Positions 9,025 to 18,332 of a stretch of DNA of 41,495 nt are shown one piece after another. Both the position numbers and the translations under genes were made by a program. The first letter of the stretch is position 1, and each line of letters begins with the position of its first letter. This DNA is from an uncultured Gemmatimonadota bacterium (GTDB lineage: Bacteria; GCA-2686955). The notes beneath the pieces are model-generated. The model saw only the letters and a list, made by a program, of their open reading frames with translations, ran no database searches and was not told the origin of the DNA. Where the stretch lies: positions 1 to 41,495 of the forward strand of contig CAZBBK010000052.1 of NCBI GenBank assembly GCA_964490075.1, read 5' to 3'.

Positions 9025-10467
9025 CTACGATTCCAGCGCCGACGCCACCACCGACGCCAGTGCGTCGAGCCCGAAAGGCTTGCACAATGTCAGCTCTTCG
9101 GGAGCCGAGTGTCGCTCGTCCTCGTTGCCAATGATGCGCACGATTCGCAGGTTCTTGTCGACCCGCAGCATGGCACGTGTCGCACGATCGGGATTGGGCA
9201 GATCCAGCAGCACCAGCGCGGTCTGCTTCTGGCCACAGAGCTCGACCGCCTCCGTGGCGGTGGCGGCGGCGCAGACCTCGAAACCGAGCAGCTCCAGAAG
9301 ACGCCGCACGCTGGCCAGCGCCACCGGCGAGGAATCGGCCACCAGAATGGTGCGCTGTTCGTCTCCCGCGACCGTCAGGGGGCCCGACGATGTGCGGCGC
9401 GGAACCACCGCGTCTTCGGCGGTCGGCAGGTAGATCCGAAACTCCGTACCCTGGCCGACCTTGCTCAATAGATCGATGTGCCCGCCGTGCGAGCGCACGA
9501 TGGTCAACGCCGTGGCCAGACCGAGCCCGGTGCCGCCGCTCTTGGTGGTGAAGAAAGGCTCGTAGGCCCGGCGCCGCGCTTCGGCGTCCATGCCGATGCC
9601 GGTATCGGCGATCGACAGCAGCACATAATCCCCGGGAAAGAGCGTCGCGTGCCGGGCGGCCAGGGCATCGTCGACGGTGGTCGGGGAGCTGCTCACGCGC
9701 AGCGTTCCGCCTTCCGGCATCGCATCGCGCGCATTCACCAGTAGATTCAAGATCAGCTGCGCGAGCCGGGTACGATCGCCCACCACCACCAGCCGCCCCT
9801 CGATCTCGGCTTCGATGGCGATGGTTGGCTCGAGGGTCCTCGTAAACAGTGTCACGATCTCGCGGGCCACGCCCGCCAGGTCGAGCGGCGCGCTGCGCAC
9901 CGGAGCACGGCGCGCCATCCCCAGGATCTGGCGGCTCAGAGTCGAAGCGTCGATCGCCGCCCGGCGCGCCCCCTCCAGGGCGCTCGCCGCCTCGTCCTCC
10001 AGATCGGAGCTGCGACGGCGCACGAAGTCGACCGCGCATACGATCGCCCCCAGGAAGTTGTTCAGATCGTGCACCGCGGCACCTGCGAGCTGGCCCAACG
10101 ATTCCAGGCGCTGGTCGTGCAGGATGTCGTCCTCGCGATCCTCGGCGTAGCTGAAGACCAGGATCGACCGCATTCCGACCTGGATTCGATCGCCGTACTC
10201 CAGGCGCCCCTCCTCCACCCGCACGCCGTTCACCTGAGTGCCGTTGCGGCTCCCCAGATCGTGCACGCTGAACGAGCCATCGGGGTTGCGGCGAATCGCC
10301 GCGTGATTGCGCGATACGTCGGGGTCGGGAAAGCGCACCGTGGCGTCGGGCGAACGCCCGACCAGCGCCTCCTGGTCGAAGTCGGCGGTGCGCCCGGCCC
10401 CGGGTCCAAAGAGGACCATCAAGCGGCCGCGCTGCGGCGGGTCTTTCGAGTTGGCGGCGGTGCTCAT
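9025..10467 (-). CDS. Hybrid sensor histidine kinase: FHA - HisKA - HATPase - receiver
   Basis: FHA motifs VGRS..VSRNHA..GSRNGT; H-box AVHDLNN; N-box NLLVNARDAM; DTGIGM; PFFTTK; GTGLGL; receiver LVLLD...KPF. No transmembrane segment evident. Confidence 0.92.
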   Translation of the reverse strand: MSTAANSKDPPQRGRLMVLFGPGAGRTADFDQEALVGRSPDATVRFPDPDVSRNHAAIRRNPDGSFSVHDLGSRNGTQVNGVRVEEGRLEYGDRIQVGMRSILVFSYAEDREDDILHDQRLESLGQLAGAAVHDLNNFLGAIVCAVDFVRRRSSDLEDEAASALEGARRAAIDASTLSRQILGMARRAPVRSAPLDLAGVAREIVTLFTRTLEPTIAIEAEIEGRLVVVGDRTRLAQLILNLLVNARDAMPEGGTLRVSSSPTTVDDALAARHATLFPGDYVLLSIADTGIGMDAEARRRAYEPFFTTKSGGTGLGLATALTIVRSHGGHIDLLSKVGQGTEFRIYLPTAEDAVVPRRTSSGPLTVAGDEQRTILVADSSPVALASVRRLLELLGFEVCAAATATEAVELCGQKQTALVLLDLPNPDRATRAMLRVDKNLRIVRIIGNEDERHSAPEELTLCKPFGLDALASVVASALES

Positions 10468-13061
10468 CGTCGTTCGCGACCTCTTTCTGCGGCATCCCCG
10501 ACGCCGTTCGAGCGACTATAGCGCAAAGTCCCCACGCGCGCTCGCGAGCTCGGTTCCTCGGGTGGCCAGAGGAGCATCGACGCCACGTAGGCGAGCGCGC
10601 CCTCCCAGACGTGGGGGATGGTCGTCCGGTTGTCGAAGGAGTCGTTTACGTTGACGAAGACCTCGCCATACTGCCGGCTGCCGGCGGTGGGCATGTCGAT
10701 CGTGAGGACTCGCTGCGCAGACTCCAGGTCGAATCCGGGGTAATTCGTCGCTTCGCCACGCCAACCGGCCGCGGCCAGGGCAAGGGTATGCTTCGCGAGG
10801 TAGGAGGAGCCCGCGGTGTCCAGGTTCAGGTGTGGCGCGATCGCGTCCATCAGCCCCTGGCTGTGGGAGGCCCCTTCGGGGGAGGCGGGATCGAGGAAGC
10901 GGGCCGGAAAGAGCGCCCAGGCACTCGATCCGCCGCCGTCCCCCAGCATCTCGCCATCCCAAAAGTGCTGCCAGATCGCCTCGCCGAGCTGGTCGCGGCG
11001 CCGGCGCCAGGTGCGCTCCCAGCGCTCGGGTGGCTCCGGCAGCTCCAGGCGGCGCGCTTCGTCGGCGGAGGCGAGCGCTGCCTCGAGGGCGGTCCAGACC
11101 GTGATCGCGCCGTGCAGGGTCTGCGAGGGAAAGAGCCGATCGTCCTCGAAAGCGGTGCACTGGAGACCGTTCAGAATGTCTTCGCAGCGCGCCAGGGTGC
11201 GGGCCGTTTCCCAGAGATGAGGAGTGACGCTTGCCAGGTAGTCGCGCGCCGCGTTCGAATCGGGCAGGCGCTGGTAGTGGTCCCACTGGGACCAGGCCAG
11301 CAGCGCGGCGTTGTCGATCTCGAAGAAGATCGGCCCGCCCACGGTCCCGTCGGCGTAGTAGTTCATCTGGTAGGTCCCGCGCAGGTCGACCGGAAGCAGC
11401 ATGCCGGGCCACCACCAAGTGGCCTCGAAGCGACGCCGGGCCAAGCGCGGGTAGAGCTCGGTGTTGCGCTGCGTCACCAGCTCGTGATAACCGGCCAGAT
11501 CCAGGGCGAGATTGAAGAAGCTCCCGTCCCTGGGCCAATCCTCGCCGTAGGGGGACTGGGTATTGATGCTGGCCACGATCGCCCCCGTCACCTTGTCGGT
11601 GGCGGCGTGGATGTTCACCAGCGCGCGCTGGGCGGTGGCGACGATCAGGCTCTCGGCGGCGACGTCGCCGAGCCGCGGGTCGGGGAGCGCCGCGACCGAG
11701 AGCAGCTCGTTCCACCAGGCCTCGGCCCGGGCGATGTGTGAGAGCGGCGGCGATTGGCGGGTGGCTCGCAGCAGCGCTCGGGCACCGTCGGCGCTGCGGT
11801 CGGCCGCGACATAGAATGTCGCCTCCGCCACCGATCGACCGCCAGGGGCCGGACGCCACTGGACCGGACCCGCCAGGCAGGCGTTGCAGCCACCGCCGAG
11901 CGGGGCGGCGAAACTGTTGCCTTCGAGCTTGCCGTCGGCGGCGTCGTCGAAGGCGTCGATCGGGCAGGCTGGACCCGCGCAACCGTCGTCGCCGACCTGG
12001 TGCGCCGCCGGCTCGAATCGATCCTCGCCGAATCGCGCACCCATCGCGAGGTAGACCGAGGCGGGATGCCGCGGGCGGGGCTCGCCGAAAAGCTCGTCGA
12101 GCGACTCCACCAGGGCGTCGATCTCCTGTTGGGATTCATGGGGCCGGGTGAGCAGGGTGGAGCGCAGCGGCAACGCCGGGCGAAAGTGGACGATCGCCGC
12201 GTCGGCGGCGTGGTAGAGGGCCGCGAAATCGTTGCCGGGATCCCCCAGTTGATCGCGCAGGGGGACGGCCGGGAAGCGGCGTCCGATGGGCGCGGCGTTC
12301 TCGTAGAAGAGCCAGTGGGCGGAACGTAGCGGCGAGTCGGGGGCGCGGATCAGCACATGGTGCACCAGCAGGATCGACGCCCGCTCCGCACCGCGCGCGA
12401 AGGGGTCCTGGTCGTTCGGCAGAACCACGGTGAGCGACACATGGCGCAGCCCCAGTGTCTCGTTGGCGGATTCGACCCGCACCACGGGCGAGGTGGGCGA
12501 GGAGTAGCGGATGGTGTGGATCCAGTCGTCGTTGGGGTCGCCGTCGTCGAGGGTCGAATCGTCCTCTTCTCTGGAACGAAACCAGGTGACTCCCGAGTCG
12601 CTGATGCTGTGGTAGGCAAGGCCGGCGAAGATGCCGTCGCGGGCGCGGGCGCCGTTGTAGGCGGCGGCGCGCCAGGGTCCCGTGTCCTGGCCGAGGAACA
12701 TCGGAGTCAGGTAGCGGACCTGGTCGTCGTAGGAGGGCGAGGGCCACTTGAGAACCGTCAGCTCCCCTTCCGGGGCCACTCCCACCGCCATCGATCCGTT
12801 CGAGCTCACCCCTTCGACGTTGCCGGTGCCGAGGATCGACTCGGTTCCCGAGAGCTCCCAGCCGCCGCGTGCGCCGGTCCGGTTCCGCGAGAGGTCCGGC
12901 CCGAGCGCGGCGCGCCAGGCCCCGAGCCGTGCCAGCTCGTCGGCGTTTTCGGGGAAGGCTCCGAGAATCTGGAGCAGATCCGGGTCGAGCGGCGAGTCGA
13001 GCGCCGATCCGGCGGAGCAGACCGCGACGACGCCGGCGATGCTGATGATTGCACGCAACAA
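10464..13061 (-). CDS. Secreted GH15 (glucoamylase-like) glycoside hydrolase
   Basis: Signal-peptide-like N-terminus; GAIVAS...YGEDWPRDGSF (GH15 W-x-RD region), EIDNAA, TAFEDD and YGEVF at plausible catalytic Glu positions. ATGA overlap with the downstream kinase gene. Confidence 0.65.
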   Translation of the reverse strand: MLRAIISIAGVVAVCSAGSALDSPLDPDLLQILGAFPENADELARLGAWRAALGPDLSRNRTGARGGWELSGTESILGTGNVEGVSSNGSMAVGVAPEGELTVLKWPSPSYDDQVRYLTPMFLGQDTGPWRAAAYNGARARDGIFAGLAYHSISDSGVTWFRSREEDDSTLDDGDPNDDWIHTIRYSSPTSPVVRVESANETLGLRHVSLTVVLPNDQDPFARGAERASILLVHHVLIRAPDSPLRSAHWLFYENAAPIGRRFPAVPLRDQLGDPGNDFAALYHAADAAIVHFRPALPLRSTLLTRPHESQQEIDALVESLDELFGEPRPRHPASVYLAMGARFGEDRFEPAAHQVGDDGCAGPACPIDAFDDAADGKLEGNSFAAPLGGGCNACLAGPVQWRPAPGGRSVAEATFYVAADRSADGARALLRATRQSPPLSHIARAEAWWNELLSVAALPDPRLGDVAAESLIVATAQRALVNIHAATDKVTGAIVASINTQSPYGEDWPRDGSFFNLALDLAGYHELVTQRNTELYPRLARRRFEATWWWPGMLLPVDLRGTYQMNYYADGTVGGPIFFEIDNAALLAWSQWDHYQRLPDSNAARDYLASVTPHLWETARTLARCEDILNGLQCTAFEDDRLFPSQTLHGAITVWTALEAALASADEARRLELPEPPERWERTWRRRRDQLGEAIWQHFWDGEMLGDGGGSSAWALFPARFLDPASPEGASHSQGLMDAIAPHLNLDTAGSSYLAKHTLALAAAGWRGEATNYPGFDLESAQRVLTIDMPTAGSRQYGEVFVNVNDSFDNRTTIPHVWEGALAYVASMLLWPPEEPSSRARVGTLRYSRSNGVGDAAERGRERR

Positions 13062-13096
13062 GGACCCCCTGTTCGATGGGGATCATGGTAACCGAA

Positions 13097-14362
13097 CTAG
13101 TACATCCGGTAGCGACGCACGCTGAGGGCATCGTCGCCGCCGTCGCGGATCGCCGTCGCCAGGCGGCGCACCGCGAGTTGGGAGGGGCTGCCTTCGGGAC
13201 GGTAGAGGCGATTGCCGAGATCCGCCCGCAGGCGGGACGAATCGATGTCGGTGGAGCGGTAGAGGAAGGGCAGCCGGCCCGCCACGGCGCGCGCGCCGAG
13301 CAGGCCGCCGGCCATCTCCAGAAACCGGGCGGAACCGCTCAGGAGGACGCGGGGCAGACGGCCGCGAGCGAGCAGGAGTCGGGCCGGGGCCGCCCACCAC
13401 GGGCGCTTTTCGGAGAAAAGCTCGAAGGCGATGTCGCGCAGCTCGCCGTGGGTCGCGGGTGCCCCGATACAGTTGTAGGCGCCTCCCCTCCAGGTCGGGG
13501 TGCCGGGCGGTGCGCTGCCCAGGCGCAGGCAGACCTCCGCCACCTCCTCCGAGAGGTGGAGCTGACAACGCAAATCCGGATCGACCACCGGCACTCGCAG
13601 GCCCGCGCCGGAGAGACGCCGGGCGATGGCGATGAAGGGATCGTTGTAGTTGCGAGAGGAGACGATTCGGCCCCGCGGGTCGAGATTGACCATGCAGATC
13701 GTCCAGCAGCGCAGAGCGACCGTCTCCAGGCGGCCTCCGCGGGTGGGGTTCCCGTGCGCGGCGAGGATCTGGCGCTCTTCGTGCAGCTTCTGGCGCCCGT
13801 AGGGGTTGAAGGGACACGGCGTGCGCTCTTCGAAAAAGGGAGCGCCCTCGGGCGCCCCGTAGATCTCCGCCGTGCTCATGTGGAAAAGACGTACATCGCC
13901 GCGGCGTTCGCCGAGGACTCGCAGCAGGGCTTCCTTGCCGACGGAGAGCCGCTCCCGGCGGCGATCTCGGCCTGGACTGGTCTGAGTCGTGGCCAGGTCG
14001 TACACCGTGCCCAGCCGCCACCCCCGCGCCGCCAAGCTCGATTCCAGCTCCTCGAAGAACGCGCGCAGGGCGGCCTCGTCGCAGAGATCGAGGGCCCGGT
14101 AGATCACCCCTTCGACAGAATAGCTGAGCTGGAGGTCCAGACCGATGACCGCCGCGCTTCCATCCAGAAGCAGGGCGTGCAGCAGATCGGGGGCGAAGGC
14201 CCCTCCGGCCCCGATCACCACCGCTGCCTCTGTCGCGGCCTCTGGACGCGCCTCGATTCGCCGCGCCAGCTCTGGGCTGAGATGCACGATTTCCTGGCCC
14301 CAGGGCGGAGCGGACGGCGACCGGCCGGAGAGAGGAAGGTCGTCGCCGGCGCCCTCGGTCAT
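13097..14362 (-). CDS. NAD-dependent epimerase/dehydratase family protein (extended SDR)
   Basis: VVIGAGGAFA Rossmann motif, STAEIYG, YGRQK (YxxxK), GGAYNC. ATGA overlap with the activase gene. Confidence 0.8.
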   Translation of the reverse strand: MTEGAGDDLPLSGRSPSAPPWGQEIVHLSPELARRIEARPEAATEAAVVIGAGGAFAPDLLHALLLDGSAAVIGLDLQLSYSVEGVIYRALDLCDEAALRAFFEELESSLAARGWRLGTVYDLATTQTSPGRDRRRERLSVGKEALLRVLGERRGDVRLFHMSTAEIYGAPEGAPFFEERTPCPFNPYGRQKLHEERQILAAHGNPTRGGRLETVALRCWTICMVNLDPRGRIVSSRNYNDPFIAIARRLSGAGLRVPVVDPDLRCQLHLSEEVAEVCLRLGSAPPGTPTWRGGAYNCIGAPATHGELRDIAFELFSEKRPWWAAPARLLLARGRLPRVLLSGSARFLEMAGGLLGARAVAGRLPFLYRSTDIDSSRLRADLGNRLYRPEGSPSQLAVRRLATAIRDGGDDALSVRRYRMY

Positions 14363-15138
14363 CGACCTTTCCGCGAATCCAGAGCCACCAGAGCCGCCCC
14401 GTAGGCCCCCATGAGCTGGGGGGGATCGGGCACCACCACATCGAGGCCCAGCTCATCGCTCAAAAAGGCGCGAATCGCGGCGTTGCGGGCGACGCCTCCG
14501 GAGAGCATCAAGGGCTTCTCCAGTCCGGTGCCCCGCGCCAATGCCGCGACGCGCCGCACGAAGGCGCGATGTAGGCCGGCAACGATCTCCTCCACCGGCA
14601 GACCTTCGGCGATAAGCGACACTATTTCCGACTCGGCGAAGACGGTGCAGGTCGATGAGATCTCGGAACTGTTCCGCGCCCGCAGCGCGGCATCGGCGAA
14701 CTCCTCGATGTCGAGCTTCAGGCGCCGTGCCGTCACTTCCAGAAAGCGCCCGGTACCGGCCGCGCACTTGTCGTTCATGGCGAAGCTCGAAACCCTGCCT
14801 TCGGGACCGACGACGATGACCTTGGAGTCCTGCCCACCGATGTCGACCAGGGTTCCGCCATGTCCCGTGCGTGCGAAGACACCTTTGCAGTGGCAGGTGA
14901 TCTCGGTCAGCGCGCGATCGGCATCGGCCAGACGTCGCCCGTGTCCGGTTGCAATCACCGGCAGATCGTCGTCGCCGGCCGCCCGCCGCCCCGCACCGGT
15001 CATGCGTTCGATCTGTTGGCGCAGACGCGGGTCGGTCTCTTCCAAGAGATGCCAGACGATGGCGCCGGCGGCATCCACTCCCACGGCTTTGGTGGTGGTG
15101 GAGCCGGCGTCGATCCCGAGTGCTCGGATCTCGCTCAC
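14359..15138 (-). CDS. 2-hydroxyacyl-CoA dehydratase activase (HgdC/BcrA/BcrD-type ASKHA ATPase, [4Fe-4S])
   Basis: GIDAGSTTTK, ATGHGR, EITCH, DIGGQDSK, MNDKCAAGTGRFLE, STCTVFAESE, GGVARN, GAYGAA. Start GTG 15138 in a GTGA overlap; 259 aa. Confidence 0.93.
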   Translation of the reverse strand: MSEIRALGIDAGSTTTKAVGVDAAGAIVWHLLEETDPRLRQQIERMTGAGRRAAGDDDLPVIATGHGRRLADADRALTEITCHCKGVFARTGHGGTLVDIGGQDSKVIVVGPEGRVSSFAMNDKCAAGTGRFLEVTARRLKLDIEEFADAALRARNSSEISSTCTVFAESEIVSLIAEGLPVEEIVAGLHRAFVRRVAALARGTGLEKPLMLSGGVARNAAIRAFLSDELGLDVVVPDPPQLMGAYGAALVALDSRKGR

Positions 15139-16466
15139 GCGGCGTCCTCCAGGAGCTCCAGGAAGGCCTCCAGGCGGGTTCGGGTCGGCCCCTCGGAGAA
15201 AGCGCGCGGATCGTTGTGGTCGGCCTCCAGCAGCAGCGCTGACGCCCCGGTGTTGCGCTTGATGGAATCGCTCTGATCGACCTGGCCGATGGAGTAGGGC
15301 TTGCAGCTGCGATCGGAATGCAAAATCACTCCGTCGGCGTCGAAGCGACGCACCATGTCGCCGATCAGCTCGAGCTTGTGGCCGGTGCCACGGTTCAGGA
15401 TCGGGTGCAGGTGCACGCGCGCGGCCGATCCGAGCGGATCCGAAACGTCGATCAGGTCGGCCAGCTCCCCCCAGGCATTGGTGTAGGTAGAGGCGACCAG
15501 GGCCGCGCCGCGCTCGGCCAGCAGCTCGGCCAACCACTTGATCCGGTACCAGATCGGCAGATTGTCCCACACCAACCTGTAACGCTCGGTCTTCAGCGCG
15601 CCGATCCCCCGGCGTTTGCGCTCCTCCAGCTCGCGCAGAACGGCGCCGTAGTAGTCGACCGTGAAGGCCTCGCCGCGCATCTCCACGATCGGGGCCATGC
15701 AGATGAACTGGTCGAAGGCGCTGATCGGCGCCGGCCGATGGCGCGCCGTGTCGAGGATCGCCCGCCACAAGTCGGTTGCCTGTTTGGAGAGGCGCGTAGC
15801 CTGGTCGAGCTTGCCGGGGTCCAGCGACTTCCCGGCCACTCGTTCGGCGCAGACAATCGCCTCCTCGATCTGAACCCTGGTGTAGTCCAGGTCGTGTGCG
15901 CGGGCCGGGCCGTACAGAAAAGGTGTATCGATGACGATCAGGGGCACGTCGAAGTTATGCGCCAGAGCCTGATACCAGTACAGCACGGTCTGGCAGATAT
16001 TGGTGCAACAGACCAACAGGTCGGGTCGGGGCAGAGCTCCCGCGGGCCCCTTCCCCGAGAGCAGGGCGCCGAGATCGGTGCGCGCGTAGGAGCAGATGTC
16101 GTGCGACCAGCCGGCGCTCTCGGCCTCCCCGCAGAGCTCCTCTCCCATGCGCCGAATGCCGCACATGGCGCCATGGTTCTCGGGATAATGTGGGAAGTAG
16201 CCGAGCGCCACCAGGAACTCCACGGGCGCGCCCGAGGTGATCCAGGCCACTTTCTTGTAGCCGCGCGCGAAGCGGCCCTTGAGGTAGTGACGGCTGATCA
16301 GCTCCTTGAGCCGCCCCGAGCTGACCAGAGGAGCCGTGAGATGCTCGTGCCGCCACCAGCTCGGCCGTCTGAGCCGGCGCTCCAGGCGCAGGCGTTGCCA
16401 GCGCAGCACACCGGCGCCGACCAGGTTGGCGCCCAGGTGGTAGCGCAAGGCAGGGAGTGTGCTCAT
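15135..16466 (-). CDS. 2-hydroxyacyl-CoA dehydratase family subunit (HgdA/FldB/BcrB-like)
   Basis: YPENHGAMCG, HDICSYAR, PDLLVCCTNICQT (three cluster-ligand Cys), ADGVILHSDRSCKPYS, TRLEAFLE. Confidence 0.9.
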   Translation of the reverse strand: MSTLPALRYHLGANLVGAGVLRWQRLRLERRLRRPSWWRHEHLTAPLVSSGRLKELISRHYLKGRFARGYKKVAWITSGAPVEFLVALGYFPHYPENHGAMCGIRRMGEELCGEAESAGWSHDICSYARTDLGALLSGKGPAGALPRPDLLVCCTNICQTVLYWYQALAHNFDVPLIVIDTPFLYGPARAHDLDYTRVQIEEAIVCAERVAGKSLDPGKLDQATRLSKQATDLWRAILDTARHRPAPISAFDQFICMAPIVEMRGEAFTVDYYGAVLRELEERKRRGIGALKTERYRLVWDNLPIWYRIKWLAELLAERGAALVASTYTNAWGELADLIDVSDPLGSAARVHLHPILNRGTGHKLELIGDMVRRFDADGVILHSDRSCKPYSIGQVDQSDSIKRNTGASALLLEADHNDPRAFSEGPTRTRLEAFLELLEDAA

Positions 16467-17551
16467 TGCAGCGACTCCACGAGCGCCTGCGCGCGGGTGA
16501 TGGCCTGGCCGGGCAGCGGATCGCAGACGTCGACCTCGATGACCACCGAGGACAGGTCCGCGGCTTCCAGGGTCGTCCTCATCTGCGGAATGTAGAAGAG
16601 CTCGGGCTCGCAGAACTTGACGAGAAAGAAGAGCACCGCGCCGGCATCACCGGCCTCGGCCAGAGCCGCCAGGTGGGCCGCGCGCGCTTGCACATCGGCG
16701 CCGCGAGTCGAGTCGGGGGGAGCGCTCAGCAGGCGCTCGGCCATGCGGCGCAGCGGATCGTCGGCCGATCCCGCCCCGTAGAGCCGGCGCCCGGCGCAGG
16801 CCATGTCGTCGCCCACCACCGTGCCGCCCGCCTCCTCGATGGCGTCGAGAATGCCCATCGGCTCGGGGACCAGGCCCGAGATCACGATCCCCGGGGCGCT
16901 GCTCGAGCGCGCCCTTTGCTCGCCCAGGTGTCGCCCCACGATCGCGGTGAACCGCTCGGCCGGCAGATACTCGCGGGAGCGAACCAGGCGGTAGTAGTCG
17001 CGCTCACCCAGCTCGATGTTGCGGCGCGCGGCGAGCAGCCGAGCCAGGCAGGCGTCGGCTTCCGCCTCGCGATCGATGGCCTGCCGCAAGGCGACCTCGT
17101 CGGGGCGCACCCCGGCGATCTCCACGAGGCGCTCGAAGAACGCGTCGAGCTCCCGGACCAGGAAATCGGCGCGCGCCTCGAGGCTGCCGCCCCGAGGGCA
17201 GTAGAGGGTCAACACGGGACGCGGCTCGGCGACCAGATCGGTGAGCAGGGAGCCCATGCCCTGCAGACTGTCGCAGGCGTGGGGCACGACGATCAGATCG
17301 GCGACCTCGAGACCGCCGTCGAGCAAGAACGACAGGCCGCCGCGAACGATCGAGCAAGCGTAGGCCTGCAGATGCCGATCGCCCGATGCGGTGCGCAAGT
17401 CCGGCGGTCCCCAGACCTCCATCGGCAGAATGCCGAAGGCACGCAAGAGCTCGCGCGAGTAGTGGATCGGGTAGACCGCGGCGATGCGGCCGCCGCCCTG
17501 CTTCCAGGCGGCGGCGACTTCCTTGCGGGAGGGTAGCGAGAGGCTCGTCAC
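16463..17551 (-). CDS. 2-hydroxyacyl-CoA dehydratase family subunit (HgdB/FldC/BcrC-like)
   Basis: ELLRAFGILP, LQAYACSI, PHACDSLQ, VVGDDMACAGR, VKFCEPE, TRAQALVE. ATGA overlap with the alpha subunit. Confidence 0.9.
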   Translation of the reverse strand: MTSLSLPSRKEVAAAWKQGGGRIAAVYPIHYSRELLRAFGILPMEVWGPPDLRTASGDRHLQAYACSIVRGGLSFLLDGGLEVADLIVVPHACDSLQGMGSLLTDLVAEPRPVLTLYCPRGGSLEARADFLVRELDAFFERLVEIAGVRPDEVALRQAIDREAEADACLARLLAARRNIELGERDYYRLVRSREYLPAERFTAIVGRHLGEQRARSSSAPGIVISGLVPEPMGILDAIEEAGGTVVGDDMACAGRRLYGAGSADDPLRRMAERLLSAPPDSTRGADVQARAAHLAALAEAGDAGAVLFFLVKFCEPELFYIPQMRTTLEAADLSSVVIEVDVCDPLPGQAITRAQALVESLQ

Positions 17552-17558
17552 GGGCGTG

Positions 17559-17586
17559 ATCCTACCCCACCGCGTCGGGCAATCAA
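17559..17586 (-). promoter_or_regulatory. Putative sigma70 promoter for the dehydratase operon (likely leaderless transcript)
   Basis: Minus strand TTGATT-N16-TAGGAT, with the -10 box 7 nt upstream of the GTG start and no Shine-Dalgarno. Confidence 0.4.
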
Positions 17587-17669
17587 CCGGTCACCGGGGT
17601 CTGGGCGGGATCGCCGGGGCTCTCGACAAGGGAGCAACGGCCCTCGAGCCCAGGCCATCCACCCCAGGT

Positions 17670-18332
17670 TCAGTCCGCTTCCCGCACGTCCACGCGCCGC
17701 GCCTGGATCTCCAGCGGAGTCGCGGGTGGAATCAAGAGGGCTCCGACCTGAGTCTGGAAAAACCCTGTTACGGTCTCCCAGTCCCGGCCTCCCTCTCCCG
17801 CCAGAGGCGCCTCGCGCTCGGCGTCGTCGAAATAGGTGAGCGCGCGCAGCAGGAGCCCGTCGTGCACGTCCTGGCGATAGACCTCGCGCAACGCGCTCAG
17901 GCAATCGCTGATGCCTAGACGCTGGATCTGTAGCACGACATAGAGATCGAAGAAGTCGCGGCGCGTTCCGCGGTCGAGGACCGCGTGCAACTTCGTCGCC
18001 AGGATTCCCTTGATCGTGAGCCGTCGCCCTTCGGTGTGCTGGGCGAGTCGATCGAGGACGAAGATCGACACACGGATTCCATCCCAGATCAGGTGCACAG
18101 TGTCGGCACCTCTCTCCAGTACCTCGACCTCGCCCGTGGCTTCGAGCTGAGCCAGGAGATCCGGCAGATGCTCCGCCCGGCGCACTCCGAAGTCGACATC
18201 GCGGCTGGGGCGATAGGGGCAGAGACAGCGCACCGCCTGCCCGCCGATCACGAACCAGTAGGGAAGATGGTCGACGGCCTCCCCGACTGCGCCGGGCAGG
18301 ACGTCTAGTGGAGAGAGGGGAAGGCTGCTCAT
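17670..18332 (-). CDS. Nucleotidyltransferase toxin, AbiEii/AbiGii (type IV TA) family
   Basis: FVIGGQAV...YRPSRDVDF (GG..RxSxDxD) and ATKLHAVLDRGTRRDFFDLY. Start ATG 18332 overlapping the upstream stop; 220 aa. Confidence 0.85.
   Translation of the reverse strand: MSSLPLSPLDVLPGAVGEAVDHLPYWFVIGGQAVRCLCPYRPSRDVDFGVRRAEHLPDLLAQLEATGEVEVLERGADTVHLIWDGIRVSIFVLDRLAQHTEGRRLTIKGILATKLHAVLDRGTRRDFFDLYVVLQIQRLGISDCLSALREVYRQDVHDGLLLRALTYFDDAEREAPLAGEGGRDWETVTGFFQTQVGALLIPPATPLEIQARRVDVREAD

Noticed and set aside
14359-17551. Benzoyl-CoA reductase (bcrABCD) or specific hgd/fld/had symbols
   Set aside because: Only one activase gene and no pathway context; substrate cannot be read from sequence.
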